The position numbers and the translations under genes were made by a program. From positions 128,001 through 192,000 of the forward strand of contig CAWHOE010000006.1 in the NCBI GenBank assembly GCA_963830915.1: a DNA stretch of 64,000 nucleotides. Direction: 5' to 3'. The DNA comes from a candidate division FCPU426 bacterium. GTDB lineage: Bacteria > Oederibacteriota > Muellerivitia > Muellerivitales > Muellerivitaceae. The notes beneath the pieces were generated by a model. It was not told the DNA's origin, did no database searches, and saw only the letters and a program-made list of their open reading frames with translations. Below, in pieces: positions 57,601-64,000 of this stretch. The number at the start of each line of letters is the position of its first letter. The first letter of the stretch is position 1.

Positions 57601-58321
57601 GCTCCTCATAATGGATGATCTCACCCTGGGCCACGAAACCCTTCTGCTCATCGTTGGCGGCGGTCATGGGCTGGGGTTCTTCGGCGATCTTCCTCCCAGC
57701 GAGGACCGTCCAGGCTGGCGCCTTGGGAGCGGCGGCAAAAGCCGCGGGTGTTTCCTCGGCGACCGCCGAGGGTTCAGGAAGGATGGAGGCGTTGACAGCC
57801 AATTCCACTTTCACGTCAGCCCCGCATCTTTTTTTCATGATCTCCTGCAGGACCTTCACGCAATCCTTGCGTTCCATCTGTTGCCGCGCGAATTCATGGG
57901 GCACTTGGATCAGCAGGTCCAGGTTTTTCACCTCCATCCGGTAAAGGGCCAGCCAGCCCTCTGCCATATCCACTTCCTCGATCAAACAGAAGACCAGGTC
58001 CTTCTCGTGGGCCAGGATGTAATCGGCCGGGGTGACCTGGGAAGGTTCATAGTGGATATCCAGGACTACCCGTTGGACGTCCTTCATGCTTTCCAGAAGA
58101 TAGCGGGAAACATTGGAATAGGTCTCAGGGGAAACGCTGGCGGGCATCTTCAATCGCAGAAGCACCACGCCCCGTTCGGGATAAACCTGGACACCCAATA
58201 ATTCGGATTGGAGGAACCGTTCTTTTTCGAAACATTGCAGGGGGATGTTCTGGATCAGCTCATAAAAGGGGCTGGTTCGGGTGTCGGTGTCAGGAGACGT
58301 TGTGCTGCTTACCGGGGTCAT
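54647..58321 (-). CDS. polC: PolC-type DNA polymerase III alpha subunit lacking the inserted exonuclease domain
   Basis: OB domain precedes the PHP domain (RVELHCHTQMS, AITDHG); GSRGSVGSS, EVNPLPPHYRC, KMPDIDLNFS, KLDILGHD and KIKYIFPKAHA motifs; ATG 58321 after GGAGG. Confidence 0.95.
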   Translation of the reverse strand: MTPVSSTTSPDTDTRTSPFYELIQNIPLQCFEKERFLQSELLGVQVYPERGVVLLRLKMPASVSPETYSNVSRYLLESMKDVQRVVLDIHYEPSQVTPADYILAHEKDLVFCLIEEVDMAEGWLALYRMEVKNLDLLIQVPHEFARQQMERKDCVKVLQEIMKKRCGADVKVELAVNASILPEPSAVAEETPAAFAAAPKAPAWTVLAGRKIAEEPQPMTAANDEQKGFVAQGEIIHYEERQTRSGRHLIKMTITDYTDSLDLILFHENDGKFKGGLKEKEWIKVRGDLRFDTRNHNELILNVRDIMRIAHDEERTDAAAEKRVELHCHTQMSRMDGLSKIDRLIETAAKWGHPAIAITDHGVVQAYPEARQAAKKHGIKLILGMEGYLVDEFRKEKGMPIYHIILLVKNRTGLKNLYKLVSQSHMQYFYKRPLIPRALLEEHREGLVVGSACEQGEVWQNLLHKGKPVEEVAKFYDYIEIQPCANNEFMIQEGIVKSMEELQDLTRVLFDTGKKLGKMVLATGDSHFIDPRDDVYRKILQAGMGYGLERQAPLFFKTTDELKKDFEYFGEETAHELVVTNPRRIAEMIEDVEPLPTQTLSPNWEGADELLRETATQKAHELYGDPLPEMIEKRLQKELDSIINNKFSTLYVIAMKLVSKSMADGYIVGSRGSVGSSFVAFLSGITEVNPLPPHYRCEKGHHHEFPANPAFMAGVDMPPKDCPECGQAMARDGFSIAFEVFMGFKGDKMPDIDLNFSGEYQHVAHKYVEELFGKDFCFRAGTISAVQDKIAYGFVKKYVEQAGKTVRNAEINRLVKGCSGVSKTTGQHPGGIIILPKDMEITDVCPVQFPADNKDGDVITTHFDFRSMHDCLVKLDILGHDNPTSLKRLENMTGISALGIALNDEKTMSLFSGVTALGLKEKIDKDLGTLGVPEFGTGFAMDMLRDTKPNKFEHLVRLSGLAHGTDVWLGNAQDLIKSGTATLSTVISTRDDMLNDLMARGMDSALAFKVMEDVRKGKGLKDEYQKAMSAAKAPTWYIDSCKKIKYIFPKAHAVAYCIMSFRIAWYKVHQPLAFYADYFTNKASGFDASVACDGLGRVRDRIKLIRSIEKPTNKELDEASVLEVAEEMYARGFRFLKVDLYQSHSRLFALEESNGEKMIRPPLIGLAGLGETAAEAIVEERQKGPFSSVEDLVERCGVNKNVVEILRAHGGLKNMPDSNQVTLF

Positions 58322-58614
58322 CCTGCCTCCATCGACGAATATAGGGATTGGTATAAGGGGTTGGGGGCTACTTCTCGAACTATACAACCTGTGGTTTAGA
58401 TGTCAAGATTTTTAAAAACCAACCCTTATTTGGCAGCCCGAGAATAGTGAAAGTGAAAATATTTTTTCAAGGGAAGAAAAATATTTATTTTTTTCTGAGT
58501 AGCAGTTACCCAAAAGAAGCCGTATCGAAATTGAACTTCTATCGGATTTTTTTTCTTAACGATGTCGGTCATTCTTTGATGAATAACGAAAAAAGCCCGT
58601 CTTTTTTAGACCGC

Positions 58615-59460
58615 TCAAGGATCGAAATAAATCCCCAAACCCCAGTGATTGTCCTGCTGACGGTAGAACTGTCCGTATTCACTGTTTCCATTGTTATAGA
58701 GGACCGCCATTCGGACAGCCTGGTGGGAATCCTTCCTCCAAGTCCACTTCAAACCGAACTGATAGGTTTGGTCCACCACACCCCCCGCCTCATCCTTGAA
58801 CTTCAAATCGCAAGTGAAATATCCCCGTCCGAAAGTTCCAGCGATGAAATGGAAAGGATCGGTGTATAGCTCCGTCCCGCAATGGATAAAGAAAGGTTTA
58901 TCGGCTGGCGCCATATGGCCCCAATAACCCACGCCGGCGTAAAGCCTCAGATTGTCTACAGGTGTATAAGAAGAAGTGAAGCGGAAGCTTTCACGGGTAT
59001 AGATGAACCTTTGGACTGTATCGAAAAGCTCATCCCCCAGATGGGAACTGACATGGATATATTCCAGTCGGTTGGACAGATCACCTTCCGACTCGCTGAA
59101 ATACATCCCCAGATACCAATCGCTGACCCTTTCCGGGAATACCCCTCCCCCCAGTGAATCCAACTCGATGAAACTGGCGCCCTCGATCCCCCATCCCCAA
59201 TCAGGCCCGTCTTTGGGGGCCCATTGGAGGAACTCGATGGTCTTGCCGATCAAACCCTCATATCGGCTCTGGCTTGTCTGGGCAATGATGGCGCATTGGG
59301 GTTCCCTTGGGTCCCCGATCAATGAGTTGTAGAGGGGCTCGTCGGGCATGAAAATCAATCGGCTTTCCTGGGTCCAAGCGCTTTTGGGCGAGAATACTGA
59401 TCCCAAGCCCATAAATACGATAATAAAAACAAAGGTCCTTATCCGGTGCTTAAGGATCAA
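58615..59460 (-). CDS. DUF1207-like predicted outer-membrane beta-barrel, paralog 2; start uncertain
   Basis: Signal-like N-terminus, LIGDPREPQ, HVSSHLGD and EYGQF motifs, C-terminus WGLGIYFDP. Confidence 0.65.
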   Translation of the reverse strand: MILKHRIRTFVFIIVFMGLGSVFSPKSAWTQESRLIFMPDEPLYNSLIGDPREPQCAIIAQTSQSRYEGLIGKTIEFLQWAPKDGPDWGWGIEGASFIELDSLGGGVFPERVSDWYLGMYFSESEGDLSNRLEYIHVSSHLGDELFDTVQRFIYTRESFRFTSSYTPVDNLRLYAGVGYWGHMAPADKPFFIHCGTELYTDPFHFIAGTFGRGYFTCDLKFKDEAGGVVDQTYQFGLKWTWRKDSHQAVRMAVLYNNGNSEYGQFYRQQDNHWGLGIYFDP

Positions 59461-60274
59461 AATAGACCCCCAATCCCCAGTGTTCATCATGAGTCGACGC
59501 GAACTGGCCGAACTCTGAATTACCGTCATAATAAATCAAGGCCACCCTCACGTCTCGGGTTTCCCCTTTTTTGAACTTCCACTGAACGCCCGCTTCCCAG
59601 GTCACATATAGGACATCGGAGTATTCCTGTTTCCAATCGAAGTGAAGGGTGCTGTAGCCGCGTAAAGGACCATCCAAAATGTCCGTGCTGGGCGAATAGA
59701 CCTCGCCGCCCCAGGACAGGAACAGAGGGCCACCGGAAGGCGCCATGTTTTCCCAATACCCGATCCCAACATGAAGTCTTAAGGCATCGTTCGGTTGCCA
59801 GGAAGATGTGAAGTTGAGGTTTTCCCGGCTGAAAAAGGTGGGTGTCTGGAGACCCTGTAGTGAATCCCCCAGATGGGAGCTTTCATGCTCGAATTCCAGC
59901 CGATGGGAAAAATCGCCTGACTTTTCGCTTACATACATGCCGGCGTACCAATCGCCATCCCTCATGGGGAATGTGGCTCCGTACTCATCCAGAAGAATGA
60001 ACCCCTCGCCGAATATTCCCCACGCCCACTGGAACCCATTGGAAGGAAGGTACCTAAGGAGTTCTACGGTAGCCCCAACCTCGCCCTCATAACGGTTCTG
60101 GGTGGTATAAGCGACTAAGCCGGTCTGAGGTTCCCGAAGGTCTCCGACCAGATTTTGGAATAGCGTGGAATTAGGGAGGAAAATCCATTTGTCTTCTTGG
60201 GCTAAAGCCGGGCGGAAAGAAAGGAAAAACAGGAAGAAGATAAGGAAAAATCTACTTTTGGAGGATCTTTTCAT
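59450..60274 (-). CDS. DUF1207-like predicted outer-membrane beta-barrel, paralog 1
   Basis: Signal peptide ending ALA-Q, LVGDLREPQ, HESSHLGD and EFGQF motifs, C-terminus WGLGVYFDP. Confidence 0.65.
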   Translation of the reverse strand: MKRSSKSRFFLIFFLFFLSFRPALAQEDKWIFLPNSTLFQNLVGDLREPQTGLVAYTTQNRYEGEVGATVELLRYLPSNGFQWAWGIFGEGFILLDEYGATFPMRDGDWYAGMYVSEKSGDFSHRLEFEHESSHLGDSLQGLQTPTFFSRENLNFTSSWQPNDALRLHVGIGYWENMAPSGGPLFLSWGGEVYSPSTDILDGPLRGYSTLHFDWKQEYSDVLYVTWEAGVQWKFKKGETRDVRVALIYYDGNSEFGQFASTHDEHWGLGVYFDP

Positions 60275-61406
60275 AGGCGGCGATCATTTTCTTGGCCATC
60301 GCCGTAGAGGACCACATCTCAGCTTCCGGGATGGTCTCGGATTTTGTCTGGGCGTAAAGTTTCTCATCGGTCAAAAGGCGGTACACCGCCTCACCATATT
60401 CTTCCTCATCCAGACGGGTCATGATACCACCCTTACCCGACGCCATAACATCCTTAACTCCCATTTCCCCGACCGCCACTACCGGCACACCCGATGCCAT
60501 GGCTTCTGAGATGACCAATCCCTGGGTCTCGGTCACCGAAGCTAAGAGGACCAGGTCCGCCCCGGCGTAACAATCGCGCCAATCCTCTTTGGTCAAATAT
60601 CCGGCAAAATGGATGATATATTGCATCCCCAGTTTATCGACCAGCTTCACCAGATTCCTTTTAGCCGGGCCCTCACCCGCGATCAGGAATCGAAGACGGG
60701 GAATCCTTTTGGAAAGTTTGGCCACCACTCGGATGAGGAATTCGATGTTCTTCTCTTCCGCTACCCGGCCCATGAAAAGCAGGAGTTTTTCATCGGGGAG
60801 GTAGCCTTTCAAATTGCGGAATCTTTTAGTGTCCTTGTCCTCGAACTTGTTCAAATGAATACCTGTCGGGATGACCTCGATCGGCTGGGTGACATCGTAG
60901 CCCAATAACACTTCCCTCATCTCAGAGGAGGGCGTGATGAGAAGATCGCAGGAGTTGCAATAGCGGCGGCTGAGGTTCTTGACGTACCAGATGCTGAGTA
61001 TCTTGGGGATAAACCAAAGATAATGTTCCACGTATGCCTGGAAGAGTGTGTGGTAGGTATGCACCACTTTGGCGCCTGATTCCCTGGCCCACTTCACCGC
61101 TGGACCGCCCAGTGTAAAAGGGGTCTGGGTATGGACGATATCGAATTTCTGGTCCTTGAACTGTTGGATAAGCTTGGGATCCGATTCAGGACGGGCCAAT
61201 CGGTTTTCCGGGTCGAAGAAGAGGTACCAGGAGGGAAATCGTTGGATGTTCAGGGGTCCGCTATCGTCGGTGTCATTGGGATAGTAGGGGGCGTAGATAT
61301 GAACCTCGTGCCCAAGCTTGATGAATTCCTCGGCAAAGGTTTTGGTGGAGGCGGAAACCCCGTTGATACGGGGGTAATAGGTGTCGGTCACCAAGGCGAT
61401 CTTCAA
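60252..61406 (-). CDS. Glycosyltransferase family 4 (diacylglycerol glucosyltransferase-like)
   Basis: TDTYYPRINGV, HTYHT, GRVAEEKNI and SVTETQGLVISEAMA motifs. Confidence 0.9.
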   Translation of the reverse strand: MKIALVTDTYYPRINGVSASTKTFAEEFIKLGHEVHIYAPYYPNDTDDSGPLNIQRFPSWYLFFDPENRLARPESDPKLIQQFKDQKFDIVHTQTPFTLGGPAVKWARESGAKVVHTYHTLFQAYVEHYLWFIPKILSIWYVKNLSRRYCNSCDLLITPSSEMREVLLGYDVTQPIEVIPTGIHLNKFEDKDTKRFRNLKGYLPDEKLLLFMGRVAEEKNIEFLIRVVAKLSKRIPRLRFLIAGEGPAKRNLVKLVDKLGMQYIIHFAGYLTKEDWRDCYAGADLVLLASVTETQGLVISEAMASGVPVVAVGEMGVKDVMASGKGGIMTRLDEEEYGEAVYRLLTDEKLYAQTKSETIPEAEMWSSTAMAKKMIAAYEKILQK

Positions 61407-61444
61407 TGAAAACCTTTCAGGGACAAAAATTCATCGACTTTGAC

Positions 61445-63172
61445 TCACGGAGTGCAGAGCTTCCATTCCTCAGCGGCGAACTCCTTGACCTTATCCATCA
61501 CTTGCGCCACGGGCACCTTGGCGACATCCTTTTCACGCCGCCGCTTCACTTCCACCAGGCCTTCCTTCAGTCCCCTGGCCCCGATCCTCACGGAAAGCGG
61601 GATTCCCAGGAGGTCAGCATCCTTGAACTTGAACCCCGCAGTAGCGTCCAGCCGGTCATCATAAAGAACTTCGTAACCGGCCTTCATTAAATCCTCGTAA
61701 CATTGATCGGACGCCTTGGCCACCTCAGGTTCTGCTGGGTTCAGGCAAAGCAGGTGGACCTGATAGGGCGCGATGGAAATGGGCCAACGGATGCCGTCCG
61801 CGTCGTTATGCTGTTCAATGGCCGCCCCGACCGTCCGGGTCACCCCGATACCGTAACAGCCCATGACCGTTTCCTTCTCCTGACCCTTTTCATCCAGATA
61901 GACGCAATGCATGGATTTTGAGTACTTCTGACCCAGTTTGAAGGTCTGGCCCACCTCGATGCCCCGACCAGCCTTCAGGGGCTTGCCGCATTTAGGACAG
62001 CCGTCGCCTGAGACCACGTTCCTGAAATCCCCCCATTCGGGATCGGCAAAGTCCCGACCAAACTCGACATTGATCAGATGGATGTCCTTCTCTAAACCTC
62101 CGGTTACGTACTGATGGCCGCCTTGCAGGGCCTTGTCAGCGATGACCCTGATGCCCGCCAGCCCCACTGGGCCCGCGAACCCAACCGGCGCCTTGGTCGC
62201 CTCAAAAACCTTCTCGGACGAGGCCAGGGCGAACTCGGTCGTCTGGAGATGGTTCTGTACCTTGATCTCATTGACCTCATGGTCACCCCGCACCAGGACG
62301 GCCACAGGCTTGCCGTCAGCGATGAAGATAAGGGTCTTGATGAATTGCTGGGCGGGAAGTTTCAGTAGTTTTCCCACATCCTCGACCGTATGTTTCCCCG
62401 GGGTCTGGACCTTTGAGTAGGCCGCGCCCGCGGCCGTAGCCGTGTGGGGGACCGGGATACCGATGGCCTTTTCCAAATTGGCGGCGTACTGGCAGGCCTC
62501 GCACATGGCGATGGCGGCCTCACCCGTCTCGGCCAGGACCATGAATTCGTGGGTGAAACTTCCGCCGATCAAACCCGAATCGGCTTCCACGGGTGCGAAG
62601 GAAAGGCCACAGCGTTTGAAGATTCGCTGGTAAGCCTCGTACATGGCCCAATAGGTCTTGTCACAGGCCGCGTCATCCACATCGAACGAATAGCCGTCTT
62701 TCATCAAGAATTCCCGACTGCGCATGACCCCGAACCGAGGACGGACCTCATCCCGGAATTTGGTGGCGATCTGGAACAGGTTCATGGAAAGCTGTTTATA
62801 ACTTTTCAACTCTCGACGAACCAAGTCGGTAATGACTTCCTCATGGGTGGGACCCAAAGCGTATTCCCGCTCATGACGGTCCTTGAGGCGCATCAACTCC
62901 TTGCCGTATTTCTGCCAACGTCCCGTTTCCTGCCAGAGTTCGGCGGGAGTCATGATGGGAAGCAAGACTTCCTGGGCGTCCGCCCGAGCCATTTCCTCCC
63001 GGATGATATTGGATACCTTCAGGATGGATCGAAAACCCAGGGGCAGGTATTCATAGATGCCGGAGGCCACCTTGCGCATGAGTCCCGCTCGGAGCATGAG
63101 CTTGTGGGACGGGATCTCCGCCTCGCCGGGCGTTTCTTTGACCGTCGGGATCAGGGCCTTGGATACTCGCAT
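61445..63172 (-). CDS. proS: Proline--tRNA ligase (bacterial type with editing domain)
   Basis: SHKLMLRAG, GPTHEE, KFRDEVRPRFG, GIEVGQTF and MGCYGIG motifs. Confidence 0.97.
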   Translation of the reverse strand: MRVSKALIPTVKETPGEAEIPSHKLMLRAGLMRKVASGIYEYLPLGFRSILKVSNIIREEMARADAQEVLLPIMTPAELWQETGRWQKYGKELMRLKDRHEREYALGPTHEEVITDLVRRELKSYKQLSMNLFQIATKFRDEVRPRFGVMRSREFLMKDGYSFDVDDAACDKTYWAMYEAYQRIFKRCGLSFAPVEADSGLIGGSFTHEFMVLAETGEAAIAMCEACQYAANLEKAIGIPVPHTATAAGAAYSKVQTPGKHTVEDVGKLLKLPAQQFIKTLIFIADGKPVAVLVRGDHEVNEIKVQNHLQTTEFALASSEKVFEATKAPVGFAGPVGLAGIRVIADKALQGGHQYVTGGLEKDIHLINVEFGRDFADPEWGDFRNVVSGDGCPKCGKPLKAGRGIEVGQTFKLGQKYSKSMHCVYLDEKGQEKETVMGCYGIGVTRTVGAAIEQHNDADGIRWPISIAPYQVHLLCLNPAEPEVAKASDQCYEDLMKAGYEVLYDDRLDATAGFKFKDADLLGIPLSVRIGARGLKEGLVEVKRRREKDVAKVPVAQVMDKVKEFAAEEWKLCTP

Positions 63173-63215
63173 GGGGATCACCTTCTAAATAGATTTGTAC
63201 CGCTGGATAACGAAA

Positions 63216-63240
63216 GGGGCGGGTCTCGCGACCCGCCCCC
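63216..63240. repeat. GC-rich REP-like palindrome between ispG and proS
   Basis: GGGGCGGGTC-TCGC-GACCCGCCCC. Confidence 0.5.
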
Positions 63241-63275
63241 CTTGGAAAGTAGCAATATACAGGCTAACCCCTAAA

Positions 63276-64000
63276 TCATGAAGATTTTTGAGGCGCCTTG
63301 GACATCTCCTCGCTTCGTTTCTTGATCTCCCCTATCAGGTGGGGCACCAATTCCTCTTCCTTCAGGCGGGTTTTGACCTCGCCCTTCTCAAAAATGACCC
63401 CATGACCTTTTTCCGAGCACAGGCCGATATCCGCCTCCGCGCCTTCGCCCAAGCCATTGACCACACAGCCCATGATGGCCACCCGCATGGGGGTCTTCAT
63501 GGTCAAGGTGGCGGTCTCGACCGCGTCCACCATGGATTCCAGGTCCACATGACAGCGTCCGCAGGTAGGGCAGGCCACGATCTCCACTCCCTCGTTTCGG
63601 AAGCCCATGGATCTCAGTAGATGGGTGGCGACCTTGACTTCCTCCACCGGATCAGCCGTTAAGGAAACCCGGATGGTGTCGCCGATCCCGTCGGCCAGGA
63701 CCGCCCCCATCCCAGCGGCGCTCTTGGTAATGCCCTGCATCTTGGTGCCAGCTTCGGTCACCCCGACATGGAAGGGATAATCGCATTGTTGGGCCAATAG
63801 CCGATAGGACCGGATCATGGTCGGCACATGGGAGCTTTTGACCGAGATGATCATGTTGTGATACCCCATGGACTCGATGAAACGGATATGTCTCATGGCC
63901 GATTCCACGATGGCCTCGGGTGTGGGATGGCCGTGTTTTTCCAACAGGTCCTTTTCCAGGGAGCCGGAGTTGACCCCGACCCTCATGGCCACATTATGCC
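63276..64000 (-). CDS. ispG: (E)-4-hydroxy-3-methylbut-2-enyl-diphosphate synthase; 5' end outside the window
   Basis: RVGVNSGSL, HVGVTEAG, GIGDTIRVSLT, CPTCGR and MGCVVNG motifs. Confidence 0.96.
   Translation of the reverse strand, partial: HNVAMRVGVNSGSLEKDLLEKHGHPTPEAIVESAMRHIRFIESMGYHNMIISVKSSHVPTMIRSYRLLAQQCDYPFHVGVTEAGTKMQGITKSAAGMGAVLADGIGDTIRVSLTADPVEEVKVATHLLRSMGFRNEGVEIVACPTCGRCHVDLESMVDAVETATLTMKTPMRVAIMGCVVNGLGEGAEADIGLCSEKGHGVIFEKGEVKTRLKEEELVPHLIGEIKKRSEEMSKAPQKSS

Noticed and set aside
58447..58869. 140-aa plus-strand ORF upstream of polC
   Set aside because: It starts in AT-rich promoter DNA and overlaps the DUF1207-like gene antisense; no motif support.

Overview
GC-rich bacterial chromosomal window. 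It contains two core clusters on the minus strand: ispG-proS-(GT4, 2x DUF1207-like)-polC-rimP-nusA-infB-rbfA-DHH-truB-ribF-rpsO-pnp, and TPR-ispE-hydrolase-tRNA-Gln ... glmU-prs-rplY-pth. These are mixed with accessory genes: an ECF sigma/anti-sigma operon, TolC plus an RND pump with no adaptor gene, two GT-C glycosyltransferases, GH2/GH3/GH5 hydrolases, YfdX- and YfiR-like proteins, predicted outer-membrane beta-barrels and two sigma54 activators. PolC occurring with outer-membrane proteins suggests an unusual diderm lineage (inference). Main highlights: (1) a complete 2.83 kb AT-rich IS1-family element (41205-44036) with 16-bp terminal IRs and a perfect 8-bp target duplication AGAAATTT. It carries a proteasome-beta/Ntn-hydrolase-like passenger gene, a frameshifted KGG-motif gene and two apparently leaderless promoters sharing one palindromic operator. 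(2) A zinc-ribbon/TPR sigma54 activator followed by tandem TGT-N11-ACA sites, a consensus sigma54 promoter and a ~93-nt terminated, ORF-less transcript exposing an anti-Shine-Dalgarno sequence (candidate new sRNA). (3) A histidine kinase/NtrC/TPR module next to a sigma54 promoter driving a Pro-rich secreted protein. (4) A PolC lacking its proofreading exonuclease domain. All calls come from motif reading by eye; no database searches were run.
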